Assembly (NCBI GenBank): GCA_051294905.1
Contig: CM119373.1
Coordinates: 33,852,001-33,916,000 of the forward strand
DNA from: Botryllus schlosseri
Lineage: Eukaryota
Direction: 5' to 3'
Length of the DNA stretch: 64,000 nucleotides
In this document: piece after piece, positions 61,297-64,000 of the stretch
Layout of the letters: every line of letters begins with the position of its first letter
Position numbering within the stretch: the first letter of the stretch is position 1
Translations under genes and position numbers: made by a program
The notes under the pieces: model-generated
Told to the model about the DNA's origin: nothing
The model's database searches: none
Seen by the model: the letters and a program-made list of their open reading frames with translations, nothing else

Positions 61297-62949
61297 TCAC
61301 AAGATGATTGCCGAAGCATGGATTCTATTATTCAGATATTCCGGGTCATCACTATGGAAGTCTATCAACGTACTCAACAAATTAGTTTTCGGATTGAACT
61401 CGAGGATATCATCGCAGAGCATTTCATCATTGTATCCACCACATATGTATATCTTTCCGAGAATACAATGAGTTTTGAAATCCATTCGCTTCCATCCAGG
61501 CTTTTGAACTGGAATTATCGTCCACATACATTCATCACTGGGTAGCCAAAGAATGTCGGTTGCATACATACAGTTCACAGTTTTTCCGCCAAGAAGGTAG
61601 ATGGCGTTATTCAATGTACATGCACTTGCATCAGTTCTCTCAACTGGCAATGATGGTCCACGCGACCAAGTAGATGCTGAAAGGTTGTAACATTCCACAG
61701 CCAGCACAAATTTTGATGAAAATAAATCAAAACCACCAATTGCGTAAAGCTTATCCTTAGATATAGTGAAGGCAGACGCATCCACAATGGATTGCTTGTT
61801 AGGAAGCTTCGACCACTTGTTATTGATTGTGTCATATTGGGCCAAAGACTCGATCCGATTATGACTTGCGAAATAAAATTTCCCTGATTTATGTGCAACT
61901 ACTTCACCGTATCGGAATTCTGGTAATGGACGTTCAAGTTTTATCCAGGGTGAATCATATTGGAGAATATTACGACGGTACAAATCAGAATTATTATCAA
62001 TGACATATAGGTAGCAGTCCATCACAACTATTGCATTAAATCGTGTCATACTATCTTCATAATTGAAATGCCGCTGCTCGGTCAAAGACTTTCTGTCCAT
62101 GTCAAACCACATAAAACGTTTAACTTTTCCATTCGTCATTATAATGCCAGGAGTGCAGTCACCTTTGTAATCACTGGCTTCTACATCTGATCTCTCAGGT
62201 AGCGACTTCATGATGTACATCATGCATTCGGTGGATTTGGCAACAGTTGGTTGCTGAGATAAAAATTTAAGATAGTAGACGGGGATTTTTTCCAGGTCGA
62301 TGTGCTTCAGTAAATCAAAAACTTGATCGGCACGATCCAAGTCGTCATTAACCCAAATCATTGACGCTTTGCATTTAATAACATCCATCACATGCAAATC
62401 TTCAGAGGAAATCAAATCCTCTAGGAAATCGAACTCAAGTTCCTTGAAATAGGATGTTTTCATGATCGAATGAAAGTGATCGCGAGCAAAACTTCTGCAT
62501 GCTTCCTGTAATTGTTGACAGAAATACTTATCAGCAATATACCTGGTATCGAAAAAGGAATCGACGTCAAGATTTTTCTCCAGTAAAAGGGACATAGCAT
62601 CGCATACTTTATCAATTCCAAACAAATGCGCCACATACATTAGTTCTTCCGTTTTTCGAATAGGAAAATACGCTTGTCCAGTGTACATGATTTCAATGCA
62701 GGTCATCACACATTCAGGATCGACATGCTTTAAATCAACCTTTCCCAACATGTTTTCTTTTGTGTCGTGATTGAGCATCTTTGCAAAATACTCGGAACTT
62801 GCGGCAATGACGCACTTGTGAACAAAGATTTCCTTTTCTCCCGCTTTGATAATGAAGTCGCAATACTGTTGATTGACTCTGAACTCATTAAATTTCGATA
62901 GAAGGTCGAGGGCATGACCCGGCTTGCCAATATCCAGAAGATGTTCCAT
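61297..62949 (-). CDS. K6: BTB-BACK-Kelch protein (type A), 550 aa, intact
   Basis: Uninterrupted ORF with ATG at 62949; paralog of K4. Confidence 0.9.
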   Translation of the reverse strand: MEHLLDIGKPGHALDLLSKFNEFRVNQQYCDFIIKAGEKEIFVHKCVIAASSEYFAKMLNHDTKENMLGKVDLKHVDPECVMTCIEIMYTGQAYFPIRKTEELMYVAHLFGIDKVCDAMSLLLEKNLDVDSFFDTRYIADKYFCQQLQEACRSFARDHFHSIMKTSYFKELEFDFLEDLISSEDLHVMDVIKCKASMIWVNDDLDRADQVFDLLKHIDLEKIPVYYLKFLSQQPTVAKSTECMMYIMKSLPERSDVEASDYKGDCTPGIIMTNGKVKRFMWFDMDRKSLTEQRHFNYEDSMTRFNAIVVMDCYLYVIDNNSDLYRRNILQYDSPWIKLERPLPEFRYGEVVAHKSGKFYFASHNRIESLAQYDTINNKWSKLPNKQSIVDASAFTISKDKLYAIGGFDLFSSKFVLAVECYNLSASTWSRGPSLPVERTDASACTLNNAIYLLGGKTVNCMYATDILWLPSDECMWTIIPVQKPGWKRMDFKTHCILGKIYICGGYNDEMLCDDILEFNPKTNLLSTLIDFHSDDPEYLNNRIHASAIIL

Positions 62950-64000
62950 CACATTTGACCAGTTTATAGCCAAAATATATACCACACTCAAAAACTTTAG
63001 AATAATATCTGTAACTGTAACATCATACACACGGTGAGATTAGTTGTACTACATTGATGCAACGGTATCATCATATTCCTAACATAAGGATAGGAAAGAA
63101 AATGCAACCCCACATGTTAGTAAAGAGTGATATCCTTGGGCTCAGGTGACAGTAGATAGACTTAATCAAAAAATTTAATGGTACAGGGTCAAGCACGTAT
63201 CTGGGTCTCAACAAAATCTACAGAAAGCAACAAAACACAGACATGTACAATTGTACAGTGGACACAAAACAATGGCCGAAAAGTACGTACCAAGTAACAG
63301 CCTAGCACCTGGGAAATGAATGCCAAATCGCATCGCAAAAACTTTTTAGCGTACGTAACAAAAACGTACCATAAAATTGTAGTTTGTGATGCTGAACCAC
63401 AGTTTCAGGAGAACCAACTTATAGTACTTGAACAAGTTACATATTTTGAAAATCTTTCCAGCATCCACTAGCAGGTAGTGACGAACACAATTAAGTTCAG
63501 TTCATCAGGAATTTTCATCAACTCAAAACACCAGAAGACTGCGATACAATGAAAATATAGTGAGGTGTAGAAACGATTTGGAGTAGTCTTTGAAATCAGA
63601 CACCCACCTGGGACGGAGCAAAGTGAATGGAAGGCATGCACATGCACACTAAACGAAGAGCAAAAGAAGATAGTACAAAAAGACAAGAAACAAAATGAGG
63701 TGGCATGTGACGGAAGGCGAGATTGATATGTCACTTCATGGTCTGGTAGACTTGAGGACTGACTAGTGTTCAATCAGTAGAAATTGATTGTGTTTCGACT
63801 TGAATATGGACACGCTCTGGGAATGCCGGATAGCCGACGAGATGACGATTCGAATGCTCTAATCCAAACCATGTAACAAATGTTACGATCTGAGGTGAGA
63901 AGTGACAGATGATTATTTTCTGAGTACGGTACTAAGATCGAACGCCCCTTTCCATGAAAAGGTATATCGTCAACGAGAGTTTGACGCTTTTTTCTCAATG

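Larger units (their letters stand above)
48598..62949. repeat. Higher-order tandem unit 2 (14,352 bp): ZA2-K5-ZB2-K6; unit 3 begins at 62950
   Basis: Lacks the 393-bp MITE+TSD of unit 1. 62950-64000 repeats the 48598-49600 upstream region. Confidence 0.9.

Noticed and set aside
29148-62930. Many 60-105-aa ORFs overlapping Kelch and ZNF genes
   Set aside because: Antisense or alternate-frame shadows that recur only because the genes are duplicated.

Overview
AT-rich animal (invertebrate-looking) genomic DNA with three zones. (1) 0.6-18.3 kb: a four-exon, minus-strand gene for a 174-aa secreted C-type-lectin-like protein, not visible in the ORF track. Its 16.3-kb second intron is almost all nested transposons: a 14.6-kb hAT shell (TSD CTCTTGAT) encloses a 12.4-kb foldback element with ~4-kb near-identical inverted arms, and one arm carries two further nested hAT elements. 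(2) 18.7-28.7 kb: diverged copies of the same foldback family, MITEs, a CR1/L2-type LINE 3' end, and a 1.8-kb insert flanked by an exact 23-bp direct repeat. The insert carries the first 17 codons of histone H4 followed by a decayed Tx1-like ORF1 (CCHC knuckle plus a Cys-rich tail) and no ORF2. (3) 29-64 kb: a co-oriented minus-strand array of BTB-BACK-Kelch genes with intron-free coding regions, alternating from K2 onward with C2H2 zinc-finger genes (K1,K2,ZA1,K3,ZB1,K4,ZA2,K5,ZB2,K6). It is built from an old ~7.4-kb Kelch+ZNF module and a recent ~14.8-kb higher-order duplication, with complementary gene decay. All alignments were done by eye. Coordinates of TSD-bounded elements and exons are base-level; other repeat boundaries are approximate.
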